From Trichinella spiralis (taxonomy: Eukaryota), in assembly GCF_000181795.1 (NCBI RefSeq), contig NW_003526940.1:1334242-1398241 (forward strand): a stretch of 64,000 bases of DNA. The letters are read 5' to 3'. The translations under genes and the position numbers were made by a program. Below are positions 11,748 to 25,439 of the stretch, piece by piece (position 1 is the stretch's first letter; each line of letters opens with the position of its first letter). The notes beneath the pieces are model-generated. The model did not search any database. It was not told the origin of the DNA and worked only from the letters and a program-made list of their open reading frames with translations.

Positions 11748-13952
11748 ATGTTAAAATTTTCCGAGCTGCTTGCCCCGTTTTTCTTCATAAAATTTTCACA
11801 TTTTCAAACCTCAAAATGTCAGAATAAGCCAGGTAATGCTGCGGCAGACTGGTAAGTTCTGAAACAATTTTTGGCAGAAGCAGAATATTTTATGCAGCTG
11901 TTCTAAAATATGTTATAGAGCGAAAACGTGCATATGTTACTTAAAAATGAAAAATAATAACATTACATATCTGTTTACCATACATAATAATCATTTTTGT
12001 AATTTTAGTCATTTAAAAAATGTTATTTTTGCATTGTTAGTGATTGCATATAAGTGCTTCTGCATGAAAGTGTTTATCAGCATTTTATATTTTTAAAAAA
12101 TATATAATGAAACGCAATTTTGACTTGATATATAAGTTTTAGCATGATGAAAATCACTGGTAGATACTTCGGAAAAAAATTATGTAGTGATGAGTACAAA
12201 TTTAGGGCTATAGTATACAAAGCACCTGGTCAAGATACCGGCAAAATTATTTTTGCAACTGCAGCAGGATCCTGGGATGACGGAGCAAGTGCATTTACTA
12301 ACAATGGCGGGCATTCATTTGCAAAAACATTAGAAGATGTCGTAAGAAACCATATCAATATAAAATTTCTTGCTTACAACAATGCGCCACTTGGTGTTCC
12401 CAATGTAAATACCAAATCGAACAGCAAAAGTTATTCAATATAATTTTAATGGTTTAATAAATCTTTCATAGCATACTTAGATTCTTTTAACGTGCATTTA
12501 TGCTGCAGGAGTAATAATACTGTCTACTGCTGCCGATTCCGCAGCGTGGAGTGTACATACTGTGCCAGGATTTCCAACAGCAAGAACCCCTTACAGTTGG
12601 CCAGCAGCTGAGAACGCCAGAGGACATTTACTAATTCGTCTAACAATCTCAGAATCGCAAATAAATGTCATTGGTCTGTATTTCAATAACTGAAGTGATT
12701 ATGCCTGATTTCAGGTAGTTTCATATTTCAGAACATTAGAGATGCGATAAAATTAAAGATTTTATAAAGGAATGTAACTGCTATAGAGAAATAGCATAAA
12801 ATGGACAAGAAGCAGATAATAATTCATATAAATTATTGCTAAAGTAATATATGTTGGATAATTATGCATTATCTACTATATGAAATTGAATTCCATTTTA
12901 GAAAACATTCAGTGGTAGAGCTGTACATAGCTAACTTTTCTTTTCCCCAGTATAATGATCTTTTCGTTTAATAGGGAAATTGTTTAAAATTTTGTCTTTG
13001 ATCAGTATTATTCTTTAGCGCGTCCCTGCTACTCGTTCAACCTATGGTGCACTATAATAATATCCCTGAAACAGAAACTGCAGGAATGCCATACTTCAAT
13101 AAGCTAGCAGGAGGAAAAATTCCTACTCTGCCGCCGTTTACCTCAAGGCGATCATTCGTACGGAAAATGCAAGAAGTCCTGTAGCAGTTCATATTTACAG
13201 CAAATCATAGTCTTCAAAATACGGTGAGCATAAATAATAAATGTTGAAGGTTTTGACACATATTAAATTTTATGTATGCATTTTATATGTTATAAAGTGA
13301 AAGAGTAAATTAGAATGAACAAGCGGGTGGTACAACCATGAAAAGTTGATGAAATTTTTAGCTGTCACTTTTTTTGTACAAACGTAGATAAGCAGTGATA
13401 TGATATTTAATACCTTCCCTGAAGTTTAAAATAAGTTACACAAACTGAAGTTTTAAATGCTGAAATGTAATTTGTTCTGAACAGAATACAAACTTCATTG
13501 CTTAGAAAAATAATTACATGAAATATACTTTCTGAAAATAATCACGATTAATTAAAGTGAATGCTTAGAAATTTACAAAAAAGTCATTGTGAATGTTTTG
13601 AAAAAAACGATCAAGGTATGGTCAAGAAGAGACAGTATTCTGAAAGAGGATTGCAGAGGTTCACAAAGGCACATTCGTTTAATTAAAAGTCCAGCTGCCA
13701 TTGACGGTCATAACACCAATCTTGAAGCAGATATTACAAACTGGGCTGTTTCTGATCCTGGAAATATATTTTGTCATATTGACAAACCATATTTTGTAAG
13801 TTTATTTGCATTTGGTTATATTTCACTTTTTACTTTTTGAATAATTTAGAGAAATCAAACCAGAGAACCAGCAATGGCAGTTTGTATTGAAAATAATGAT
13901 ATTTTTGCTAGGTTTAATGAAATTGCAGCGCAAGTTGAAGATTGTCCACTAA
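11748..13952 (+). pseudogene. DNase II-like copy 4, disrupted
   Basis: Exons 11748-11851, 12206-12429, 12509-12673, 13019-13223, 13569-13795, 13850-~13952. Exon 4 is 205 nt versus 207 nt in copies 1-3, with 1-nt deletions near 13019 and 13152. It also has a TAG at 13208-13210 in the homologous frame (AAA TCA TAG versus AAA TCA GAG). Conserved Cys in LICLT is changed to Arg. The normal stop after DCP is lost (read-through to 14056). Confidence 0.85.
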
Positions 13953-14908
13953 CTATGAAATCCCATAACATATTCTTTTATCTTTTGTTTAATCGTGTAA
14001 GGTTTGATAGTTTTGGTGTTTTAGCTACTGATCATTTTCATTTTAGAGGAAAATAAATTTTGCATTTGTTTTGCTTTGTTCTGATTTATTGCATTTTTGT
14101 AAACAATTTTTTGGCATTAATAAATGAAAATGTCGGTTTTACTTCGGTTGAATATTCTCACTTTGTTTAAATATTTTGAGCAGTCTATTGCATAAATATT
14201 TCTGGTGTGGTTGTGACGACATCGATGTGCAGTAGATTTTAAAAAATTAGTTTTTTAATTTATATTCAATTTCACGAAGTTGATTGTTTTGTAATAATCG
14301 AATAAATATTCTAAAGAATTTGTAAGCTACCTAACAAAGCGACGTATTTTTTATCCATGTATATATATATTTGAAACTGCTTCTGAATTTTGATGCGTTG
14401 GCATACTTTTTCCGTTTACATCTTCAAGAAACAGACATTTTGTCTGGTTATAACGGACTGAAATTTTGCTGCGTCTAAGCAAAGATCTATGGAGCAATCT
14501 AAGCAGAAAGAGCAATGTTTCTTTATTATTTGAAGGGAAATGTTCTTAATGTGCTGAATAACTGAAAATATACCAGAGAGGCTATTAAATCATTTTCTCA
14601 AAATGATTTTTCATGATAATGAAGATACTAAAATAAATTGCAAAATGTACCTGCAGTACTGAAATTACAGTAAACATATTTATTGTTACTGTTTTCTCTC
14701 AGAGTAATAATGAAAGAGCACTGAGGAAATACTAATTTTATTAAAGTTATGCAACGGAATTTTTATTTCAAACGATTTTAATAAAATTTGCCATTAATTT
14801 CAAAATCAGAAATTCTCACGACAACAGAAAATAACTCATTACAGGCTTTAGCCCTTGAATTCATAAAATCAAAACATATTTTAATAAATTTTAAAATTTA
14901 GAGATATT

Positions 14909-17900
14909 TCAAATACAATTCTCCACATTTACCGCTATTTCATTAAAACGGGTAAAAATGGTGGCATCATCAATGCAAACTGCCATTGCTGGTTCTTTTG
15001 CTTGACTTTTCTAAAAAATAGTTTTTCGTTAGAAAATTGCATTTCAGCAATTATAAATTTACATGGTAAGGTTTGTCAACAGCACAAAATTTGTTTCCTG
15101 GTTCACTGACTAGCCAATGAGAATCATCATTTTCAAGTTGACTTGCATCACCATTGACAGAAATAGGACTTGTTATTAGTTTTATATTTCTCCCAAATTT
15201 CCTGCAATCACTTTTCAATATATTATCTCTTGTTGTCCAAACTTTGATAGTTGACTTTAGCCGTTTAACAAGTATTCTTTTGTAAATCTCTGAAATATGC
15301 TTTATTTGGAATTTATGTGCAATCTTCATATGAATGAAATAAAAAAATCTTAATTTAATCTTTTAAGCTTTATAATTTAATGTTAAGAGTATAATAATTG
15401 CATCAAGAATTAATAAATAATAAAATATCTTTGAAATATGAAGAATTAATGCAATACAGAATGTTTTGGATTAAACTCACGAATTTTTATTACATTATTC
15501 CATGTTGGCTGCATTAAAATCTCAGCTGATGTTTAATTTTCTGGGCTGATTTTTTCAGATCTTTCTTCATCTTAAAAAGCTTTACTCTGCATCAATTTTT
15601 GACTAAATTATTTTTTAAAAAAGTCGCTTTCTATTTGATGCATATATTCATTTAAGTGAAACCAAAAAAATAAATGAACTAGCTGAATGATTCCAACAAA
15701 TTAATAAATCGAATTACCATATCTGGATTTTTCACCTTTACTGTAAATAGACACTTTCAAACCTTGAGCGTTTTCCGTTGAAATTTCTTGTGACACTGTT
15801 AAAGGTGGCATAAATCTTGATTCACCATCAACCAATTTTTTGAGATTTGGTCGAGAATTCATCTGAGTATCTGGTATATCACTGTGATATATCAATGGAG
15901 TTGCAATTCTCAAGGTTCTAGCTGAAAACTGTGGTCGTTTGACATTCGAGAAAATTATTAATAAAACATATTTAATTCTTATCCTTCTTTTTATAATTTT
16001 AAACATCTACTCAAATAGAATTATAAGTAGTTTTCAAACGAAAAATTGTGTAAACCTTTCTATATAGATATATTTACCAATTGGATCTATTTGACTTTCC
16101 TTAATTGTTAAACAAATCAGCAAATGTCCTTTCTGAATTTCTGCAGGTGGAAATACGTATCCTCTTAGCGCTTTTGGAAATCCTGGTACTGTGTGAACAA
16201 TCCATGCAGCTGCATCAGTTACTCCTGGATCCATCATTAACACACCTTACAAGATTGTGATTATATGATTTGCCATTTTGTAAGTCTAGTTGATGTTACC
16301 TTTGCTGTTTGATTTCGTTTTTACTTTTGGAAGATCTGGTGGAACATTGCTGTATGCAATAAATTTGTTATTTGCATTAAGAGCTACAACATGTTCAACA
16401 GCTCTACCAAACGAATGATCAACAAGCCCAGTAATTGCTGGGTAAACTTGCCAGTTTGCAGCTGCCCCTCCAATAAGGGCTTTTCCTGTATTTTGTGCAG
16501 GTGCTTTATACAAAATGGCCCTGAAGAAAATTTTGCAGTGGGCATAAAATTAATTCTGTTAATGGTCACACCATTAAATATCTTTATTTATTGATAAAAT
16601 GGCGGACATAATTGAATTGGCAATTATTTTTTTTATTCTTTCATTGTTATGCATGCTTTGCTTTTAGTAATGCGATGAATATAAAATTATCAAATGCTGG
16701 TTGTTACATTAGGACAGTAAATGAGCATTTCTTCCAGCATACTGATAGAGTTTTTCTTATATCTTAATATTTCAATGTATCTAATAAACTGCCAACAAAA
16801 GTTATTCATAAAATATTCATGAAATTTTCTTTAGTAAATGGCATCCTACATTTTACAGACTGTTAACTTATTAAATCACTCCTGCTGTTCTTTTAAATCC
16901 TTTAAATCTTAGATTTTGACAAATTATATCTGATAAATAAACTCAGTAACAAATAACTATTTGCTTTTTTGTTACAAATAGATGCTTTGTTTGGCATAAA
17001 TAAGTTCAATGGTTTTTTGCTCGAAAAGAACACTTTCTGTAAAATCTGAGTTGACAAAAATACCAATTGGTTCTTTTTAATTTGAAATTTATTTCCTCCC
17101 TATCTTATGGCTTTCAAGTTTTGCGATATTTTTTGACTACAAATTCACTTGATGTGTTGTGTTTGAATGAAGACTATTCTATATGTTTATTCTGTTGACT
17201 AATAAAACTAAAAAATCATTTGAATTATTTGAATGCAATTCTATTTATTATAGAAATTGAAATTGAAAATAAATTTCAAACCATGAAATTGTATTTAATT
17301 TTTATAATAATAACTTGAATAATAATAATAAATTTATGCTGAAATATTTTAGCACTTTCTTACTGTCGACTGCTATTACGGTTTTCAGCAACCCTGGTTT
17401 TGTTAGAGTTGAGTCAGGAAATTTAATGCTGTCTAACAATGTCTAAGAATCAAATCCTTCTATGAAATATTAGGCTTGCATAAGTTCCAAAAAGCATTTC
17501 TTTAGTAAAGAGTAAATTTTTTTGGCTAAAAATATAAGCACGTTAATGTGTTTCTAAAGATAAGCACACAAAGCAAAAAATTTTATTAGACAACTGCTGA
17601 ACTAGGAAACATGCTTGGGCGATTCTGCATGAACTGCATATTAAAACTTAATTTGAACGCAAGCATTATCAGATGTGAAAGTTGCTTTCTTATAAAAACC
17701 AACGGTTTTCAAAATGTCCGTAGTGCGTCTGTGGGATGAAAAATATTTTTTGTTCGGGATAAGTATTTATTTAGAACGTGGAAAATTATGCACTTTTAAA
17801 AATGAATTTCTAAGATGCATTTTTTAAAAAGTAAATCGTGTATGCTGTGCACTGCAATTGATTGATCAAACAAGCAGCAAATGATTAATTATAACTTAAG

Positions 17901-18214
17901 CGGTAATTTCTCTTAGATAAAACTCAATTATACTCTAAACAACGTTATTCGCTGTGACCCAATCATTTGTCACTACTGGACACTAGATTTAATTTGTTTT
18001 TATTTTCATTTATTATTTAAATTTGTTTTATATTTACAAATATGAAGTTTCATTAGCTGAGCGTTATTGTCAGTTTAGTTCTCACATTATAATAGTTATA
18101 AATAGCCTTTTACCAGTCTGCTGGTGCAGCTCCATTTAAATCTTGACATTTTGACGTAGCTAATGAAAATCTAGGAAAACTGAGCAATAAAAGGAAAAAC
18201 CATCTAATGTGCAT
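14909..18214 (-). CDS. Secreted DNase II-like protein, copy 5 (more divergent paralog), ~340 aa
   Basis: Exons 18214-18114, 16520-16300, 16245-16078, 15921-15718, 15289-15063, 15010-14909 (1023 nt, in frame). Signal peptide MHIRWFFLLLLSFPRFSLA. Motifs DWAILYKAP, KSNSKG, WIVHTVPGFP and DDSHWLVS. First intron is about 1.6 kb. Confidence 0.9.
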
Positions 18215-21200
18215 GATAAGGTGTTCTTCACTAAATATGATTTTCAGTTTCACTGATATTAACATTCTATTGTATAATTAAACAGCCTCTCTTGTAGTAA
18301 ATTTATTTAAAATTGAGCTTACATCAAATAAACATGACAGATGAGTTGGATAAATAGATAGCTTTGTGCTGATTATAAATAAAAATAAACTATTGAAACA
18401 AAAATACTTAATTTTTTGTGTTGGCAGCAAAATGTTACTGTGTAAAGGGTGACAATAATGAAATTTATGCACTTATGATTCTTCTGAAGCATTTGTTTAA
18501 AATTACATTTCTGATTGTTTAAATTGATTGCAAGTTTAAGTTTTCTTTATTGAATTTAATGTGTACTGCTTAGTTTTATAATATTTTTTCTCATAATGTG
18601 CTATACTGTTTTGTAATATATTATTTAATGTAAGTTTACTGGATTCAAGCTTTTTTATACTTGTCATGAAAAGACAGCAGAACCCATGAAACTATATTTT
18701 TCTTTAATAAGAAATCAGAAAAATATTATTTCCACATTTTATATTAGCAAATGCTTTATCACCGTCAAATTGTTTACCAAAGTAAAAATTTCCATATTCA
18801 TACTCTGTGTAGCAATGCTAATTTTACATTACCCAATAATGGAAACAATGTTTTGCAAAGAATAAGCATTTAAATATTGAATTAATAGCCTTATTATTAT
18901 TTGTAATATTTTTTTATTAGATGAAGTTGGATATCAGTTTTTAAAAATCAGAAAAAGTACATTATATTATTGAAAGTAAGCAGAAAATGCAAAAATAGTA
19001 TAAATCACGTAATTGCTATACAGCAAAATATGCTTAAGGGCTAAAATTTATTCAAAATGTTTAAGAAATTATAATTTATAATTAAGCGCAAAATATTATC
19101 AGATAAAAATTTGTTGTTAGAGTACATTATTGAATTTTAAAAATATTATCAATAAAACAGTAAACTGAAGAATATTTTTTTATTATAGTATTATAAGCTA
19201 CCTATATTTAATCTTTACAAGGAAAAGATGTCTCCAGTTCATACCGCTAGGTTCGTGCTTACACAACAAGAAATTAAAGGGTTTATTGGTCTATCATAGC
19301 AACAACGTTCATTAACTAACTATACACATTTGTTATTAATGTTTACTTACAATCCATTTACGGCATCTGATGGCATTATATAAATATGAATGTGAAACTG
19401 TTATAATTCAGAAAAAATTAAAATATTTAGTGACTGTTTAAAATTAATTCTTTTGATTCATTTAGTACTCCTTTGGTGAATTTTATGTTGCAGCAAATGC
19501 ATTATGAATATAGGTAGCTATTAAAATAGGGATTCTAAATATAAATTTTCTAAACAGTGGTGTAGATAATGAATAATAAAAAATAGCCACCTTCCTCTAC
19601 TTTTACTTTACGTTTGTTTGTTGTGGGTGCTTATTTTATGATTCATTTATTCTCAGTCTAGGTAGTTTTGAAAATCTGTGCGGCTTTTCGAAAATATTTC
19701 TCAATAAATGGTATGTGGATATAATAATAAAATAATAAACAAAAAATAAGTGAGTTGCACACAAAGCAAGTCAAATAAATGAACAATAAATAAAAAAGCA
19801 ATTTATTTATCTTAGAAGCCAGAAAGTAAATGTTTACATTACCTGCGTACATAAATTTTTGTCATACAAAAATTTTACATATAATAAAACGTATCCAGGA
19901 TTGATGAAACTTTAATATTAAAAGAATTATTGATGAATGTTATATAAGGGTTTGGCAATTTTGCAGCAACATATCCTGAAAAATGCTTTACAGCCAACAT
20001 ACTACCGTTTGTCGAATCTTGAAAATAATTGTTTCTACTCTGCGAATGTTTTCATACAAGCATATCATGTCGTTTTATTTAAAAGAATGTTCATAATAAA
20101 AAGCGTTTATAAGCTTGCAGTTCATTTTGTTAACATCTCTATCCAGATTTTCTTCTTGAAGAATTAATTGTGTACACGTAACAGCCACAAAACTAAGAAA
20201 ATTATGTCTCTGCATTCATTACATCATCTTATACTGATCTTTATTTGCAAATGTGAATTAAGTTAACTGATTATTATGTTTAGTAGTTCTTAAATATAAT
20301 TTGAGATCTGATATTCATCTTCATCTCACTCAGTAATCATTGAGAAATAACAAAACTGTTGCTTTATGGCATTTTTACAAATAAATATGAAGTTTACAAA
20401 TCATATATATTCTTTAATATTTGTACTTATAGTGAGTCGCTTTTTTGAGATCTTTTAGTGTTTATGAGCTGTTAAAACTTAAAAAGTTCTGCTCAGTGTT
20501 TTCGTGAGTTGTCTAATTTATATATTATATGAATACTTTACAAAATACAAAATATGAATAGTATGTGCAGTCAGTTAAAAATAATGGATTTATATTTTAG
20601 TAAAAAAATAAATTGTAATAAAAATGTCTAAATGTAACAAAGTAGAGCACTTCTGCTGTATATAGTTGTAGATAGTTGCACTTTTATTATAGCTAAAATA
20701 GCATTATCTCATATAATATTTTTTCTATATAAAGACAATAAATGTTTAAATGTTACAAACAAAGTAATAAAAATGAATCAATTCAGTATAATAGACGCTG
20801 AAAAATTTTTTAAAGTTCAATTCGCATTTGTTGCTTTCTGGTGCAATGCACGGTTATATGAATTTCTTATTGAAAAATTAGTTATCTTACGCCTTACCAC
20901 GCGATGAGAATCTACAATGACAAAAAGCGAGAAAATAAATTTTCTAATATTCAAAATTTTCGTTTCAAAAGCAATACTAAAATGAGAGAAAACTGAATGA
21001 AACACAAAAATGATTACATTTTGAAGCAATTTGAGCATCCAGTATCTGAAACATTGCTTTTATTTGCTCCTAAATGTGGATAACATTAAAAACCATTGTT
21101 CTAATGTGTTTATACATCTTAAAATAATATGCAGATAAAACTCTTAAAAACATACTAACTGCAATTGCTTGTTTATAAAATGATTCAAAACCTTTTTATA

Positions 21201-22253
21201 GTATTCAAAAATTTTAATAAGCAATAAATGAACTTTATTAGAAGATGAAGCCGTTTAAAGCATAAAGTAATAGGAAAATGATTTTTATAGAATGCTAATT
21301 GAACCGCCGGGCTTACCTCATCTTGTCTTTAATTGTCAAGTTTTGTTTTAACCTCTTAGTTCTTATCGACTTCTTGAAGAAATTGCGGCAGTTTTCAAAT
21401 TCTTCTATTCTACTTTTTAAAAGTCATATAGCTTTAATTCATTAAAAATTTTTTATTTTGAAATGAAATGAAGTTTGAAATGCACTTCTTACATTTTATT
21501 AATGTTTTGTTTAACATAAAATATGTTTTTGCTCCTACGAATCACCATGTAAAGTATACTGATGAAGCACAATAATTTGTCAAACTTCCAAATTTTTAAT
21601 ACTGCTTATAATTATATGATTTTATTAATAACACGCGCAGCAATTCAGATGTGCTTAAATTCACAAATACCGTAAAATTGAAGTTGAAATAATTGTTGAT
21701 ACTGTTAATAATTCATGATAATAATGTTGATAATAGTTGAAAACAAATATTTTTATACATTACCCATTTCCAGGATTACTTTTTGCTTTGTGATAAGCTT
21801 ATAAAATTATGTAAAAACTAATATTTGCCAATTAAGAACTTCGAAATTAGATTTACATTTGTTTCTACACTAAAAAGCAATAAAAAATGAACATTCATTA
21901 TAAGAAAATGACAGCATATGATGAAATGCATTAATTTCCACATATTAAATACTTTTTTCATATTATATTTGAAATCCACTTATTTTATTGTTTAGTCTTG
22001 TTATGGGCAAAAATTATATGCAAACAAATTTATTGTAAATCATGTAAATCAAATATAAATACATAAATAAACAGATATGCATATATTTCTTCATATACAT
22101 ATGTATTATAAGAAGATAAATAAAATATCATCATAATCTGATATAACTATTGTAACAGCTATTACAATGTATAAACTACTTTCAGCTATAATAAAATAAT
22201 TCAAAGCACATTTGTAAAACAAATAGGGTAAAGATAATTTTTTCGTCAAATTT

Positions 22254-24143
22254 TTAGTTTTTCTGGCTTGTTTCACCTTTTTCAGTTTTGCCGAAATTAA
22301 CAAAGTATGGGAATTCTTCTTTGTACACTCTTATGTCAATCTAAGCAAAATAAATATTATATCAGTTATTCAACAATCTAAAATTTTGATATTACCTTTT
22401 TTGGTCCTCTAATAAAATTGAATATTGTACTACCTTCTTGAGAACACTTTTCAAAAGACTGCTTATTATCAAAAAATACACGAGCTGATCCGGTTGGATA
22501 GTTGTAGACTTCATCTGTTTGGATTGCTAGATATGCAACACCTGGATACTTCTCATCAACTAATTTAGCAAGCATGGCTAAAATAAAACAAACGATTAAA
22601 TTCCAATTTAAAGCAATAATTATTAAAATTACTTACGAGCGGTCAGTCCAAGCGGCAAATTAGAGAGCATAACACAGTGATTACGGTCTATTAAAACATC
22701 TCTTTCCTCCAAACAAACACCTTCAGTAATAATCCATGGTTCAAGGATTACCTGAAATATTGATCAATCAGTGAATTTATTTTTCATTATAATATGCAAA
22801 ACTTTCATAAAGAACTTACTGGTCGAGGTTCACCTGGTGGATCTTGCAGTTTTACTTCATAGCCATCGCCTACGTGTCGGCTACTAGCAAGCATAGCCTT
22901 CACATCTTCTTCTTTTTCAAAAAGTAAGTATGCGCATTCTAAACATAAAGCCCAATTAATAGAATAAAAATGCTTTCATTAGCATTTCATCATCTACCAT
23001 TGCTAGGACGTCCGACTATGCCACTGAACCAGTTTATCTCAAGATTACCAAATCTCCGAAATGCATCATGTACTTTACCTAAAATGAATTAGTGAAAATA
23101 AATATAGAGCTTTATAAAGGCAAATAACTAATACATTTCATAAAATGCAACACTTGAAACATATTGTTGAAGAAGTTTTTTTATCTGAAGTTTTAAAAGA
23201 GCACTTCATTTCATATTTCTCATAAAAACTACAGTTTGGTTATGCAACGGCAGCTGTGCATGAAAAGTTTAAATAACAAAAATATTTTGATTATTGATAT
23301 TCAATATTAAAATGTACATACTTTCTGGCCATTCTGTGGGCAGATCACGCACAAATACTTTTCGCGAAACGGATAACTTTTCTGCAGCTTCAATGATACT
23401 TCTGTCTAAAAATTGGGATGGCTTCCACAATGATGAAAATTCCATCTCTAAAAATCAAACACAACTTTTATGCAACCAAATGTTCTAGCAAATGTTGAAT
23501 GAATTTAATAATAAAGGTCGGTGCATGCAAACATTAAAATTCCTTAATAACCTAGGTCAGTTACAAATACAACTATTTGTTGAAAGATTTATGTCGGTCA
23601 AAGTGAACAAATATTATTTCATAATATTACGTTCAATAATTCTTAACAATAAGGACAAAGAGTTCATATAATGACTGCAGTATTGTCTATCATTTGATCT
23701 GCGTTAACCATACAGCATGCAAAGGTTGTGTAACTTTCTTCAAGAAATGCATTTTTATTTTTATCTTCATAATTTACACTATTTTTATCTTCATAATATT
23801 TTATTAAAATTACTTGAAGAATATAATAAAATTTAGCAGTTCTTTGTTAGAAAAATAATTTTTATTGATTATAATGTTTTTGCTTATGTTCATTTTTGCT
23901 ATTGCTGCTGTTAAATATTGCATTATCCAAAAATTGCATTAAACTCTGCAGTGATATGTCTTATTCATTTTTTATCTTATGAGCATCATTCGAAAAAGTA
24001 TTCGGCAAAAAATAACATGACTTACTAGGTTCCTTTGGTGCAGCGTCTAACGCTGCAGACATAAGACTTTCGAAAATTTTATCATATAATCCTTGTTCTT
24101 TTCGTTGATATTTTCCAATCTTTTTCTTGTTTTGTTTCGACAT
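22254..24143 (-). CDS. CPEB-family-like tandem RRM protein lacking the ZZ finger, ~275 aa
   Basis: Exons 24143-24026, 23447-23322, 23078-22998, 22938-22820, 22751-22637, 22577-22396, 22340-22254 (828 nt, in frame). Segments SRKVFVRDLP, AFRRFGNLEINW, AYLLFEKEEDV, VILEPW, YPGVAYLAIQTD..NYPTGSARVFF and KKIDIRVY follow the CPEB RRM1-RRM2 pattern in order (SRKVFVGGLP, FRRFGxxxVDW, GYAFLLF, VQIRPW, YGGVCYAGIDTD..KYPKGAGRVxF, KRVEVKPY). The first exon assignment is less certain. Confidence 0.8.
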
Positions 24144-25439
24144 CTAAAACAATTTTCATTAATTCAATAAAAAAATAATAAAATTAATGAATTTAGATAT
24201 TGCTTACTGTGATCCTTAAAATGATTTAAACTATAACTGCAAGTTTTTCACCTTTAAGACAATCGAGCAACCTGTCAGTTAGGCAAAGGGTCAGATAATG
24301 GCACTCACAGTTGACACGCTTGCTCCGCTCCATGAGCTATGCTTTTTTTGGTTGGTGGCTTCTTCTCATTGGTTATTTAAAAATGTCTGTCCATTTTGTA
24401 AGCTTCTAAAGAAAGATGTTATTGGTTTAATTATTTTCCATTTTTATTGGTGAAAATTATTTTTTGAATTTCTTATGTGCTATTAATATTTCTGGTCTAC
24501 CATTTAAATCTAAAAAAGTGTTCCACCAGTTTATGGATTGTATTTGCTTATAAATCCTTAATATTTTATAATAAATCTTTTTTTGACATGAATTAGAAAT
24601 AGTTCAGCCATAGTTTACACCATTTTACTTTTTCATGTGCTTATGCTTTAAATTAATTTAATGATTTAGAAAAAACGTTTATAATCATCACTTTTATTGT
24701 AGTATAGCTGAATTAAATATCTATGTTGTCTGTTTTGTACTATATATAAAGGAGGCTTTTAAGTGCAAAAGTACTTTTTGCAAAACTTCTGGCATGATGT
24801 TTTACAAATAATCATTTAACAAGTATTACCAATAACATAAAAATATACTTTCAGCTGCCTTTCAAGATAAAAGCTGTTTGTTGAAAATCTTTTCCGCCAG
24901 CAGATTAGATTCTGTTGGGCAACCTAGATATAGACTATTGCTTCTAACCAGGGCATTAAAGAAACTAATTATAGCCTAAGCATCACTGCCATAAACGACG
25001 CTTTTCTTTATTATTAAAGGTTATGATCCAGAATACACTGACCTTTATTTCATGCTGAAAGCCCCCTACTGAGCGCAGAAGTTCATCTAATCTTCAGAAA
25101 TGTAGCAGGTCACTTTCTGCTTTGATATCTAAAATGCTGAGCTTGAACAGAAATAAAATTCTCTCCAATTTGTGAATTGATTATGTTTTACCTCAGTCCT
25201 CTCTTTTTCTGCATAAAAAACGTATTGCAAATTGAGTTGCGTTAATAATATCACTGCAGAAATGATTGACCAATTTATGTATTTAGTCCTTTACAACCTT
25301 CAGATTTAAGCTAATTATAGGTCATTTTCGATATAATATTTAAAGCTTCCATTTGTTCACTTAAAAGGGATCGTGTTTTAGTTCATTACTGCAAATATTG
25401 CATTGTTAAATGCCAGTTAATAGTTAATAGAAGTTCAGC

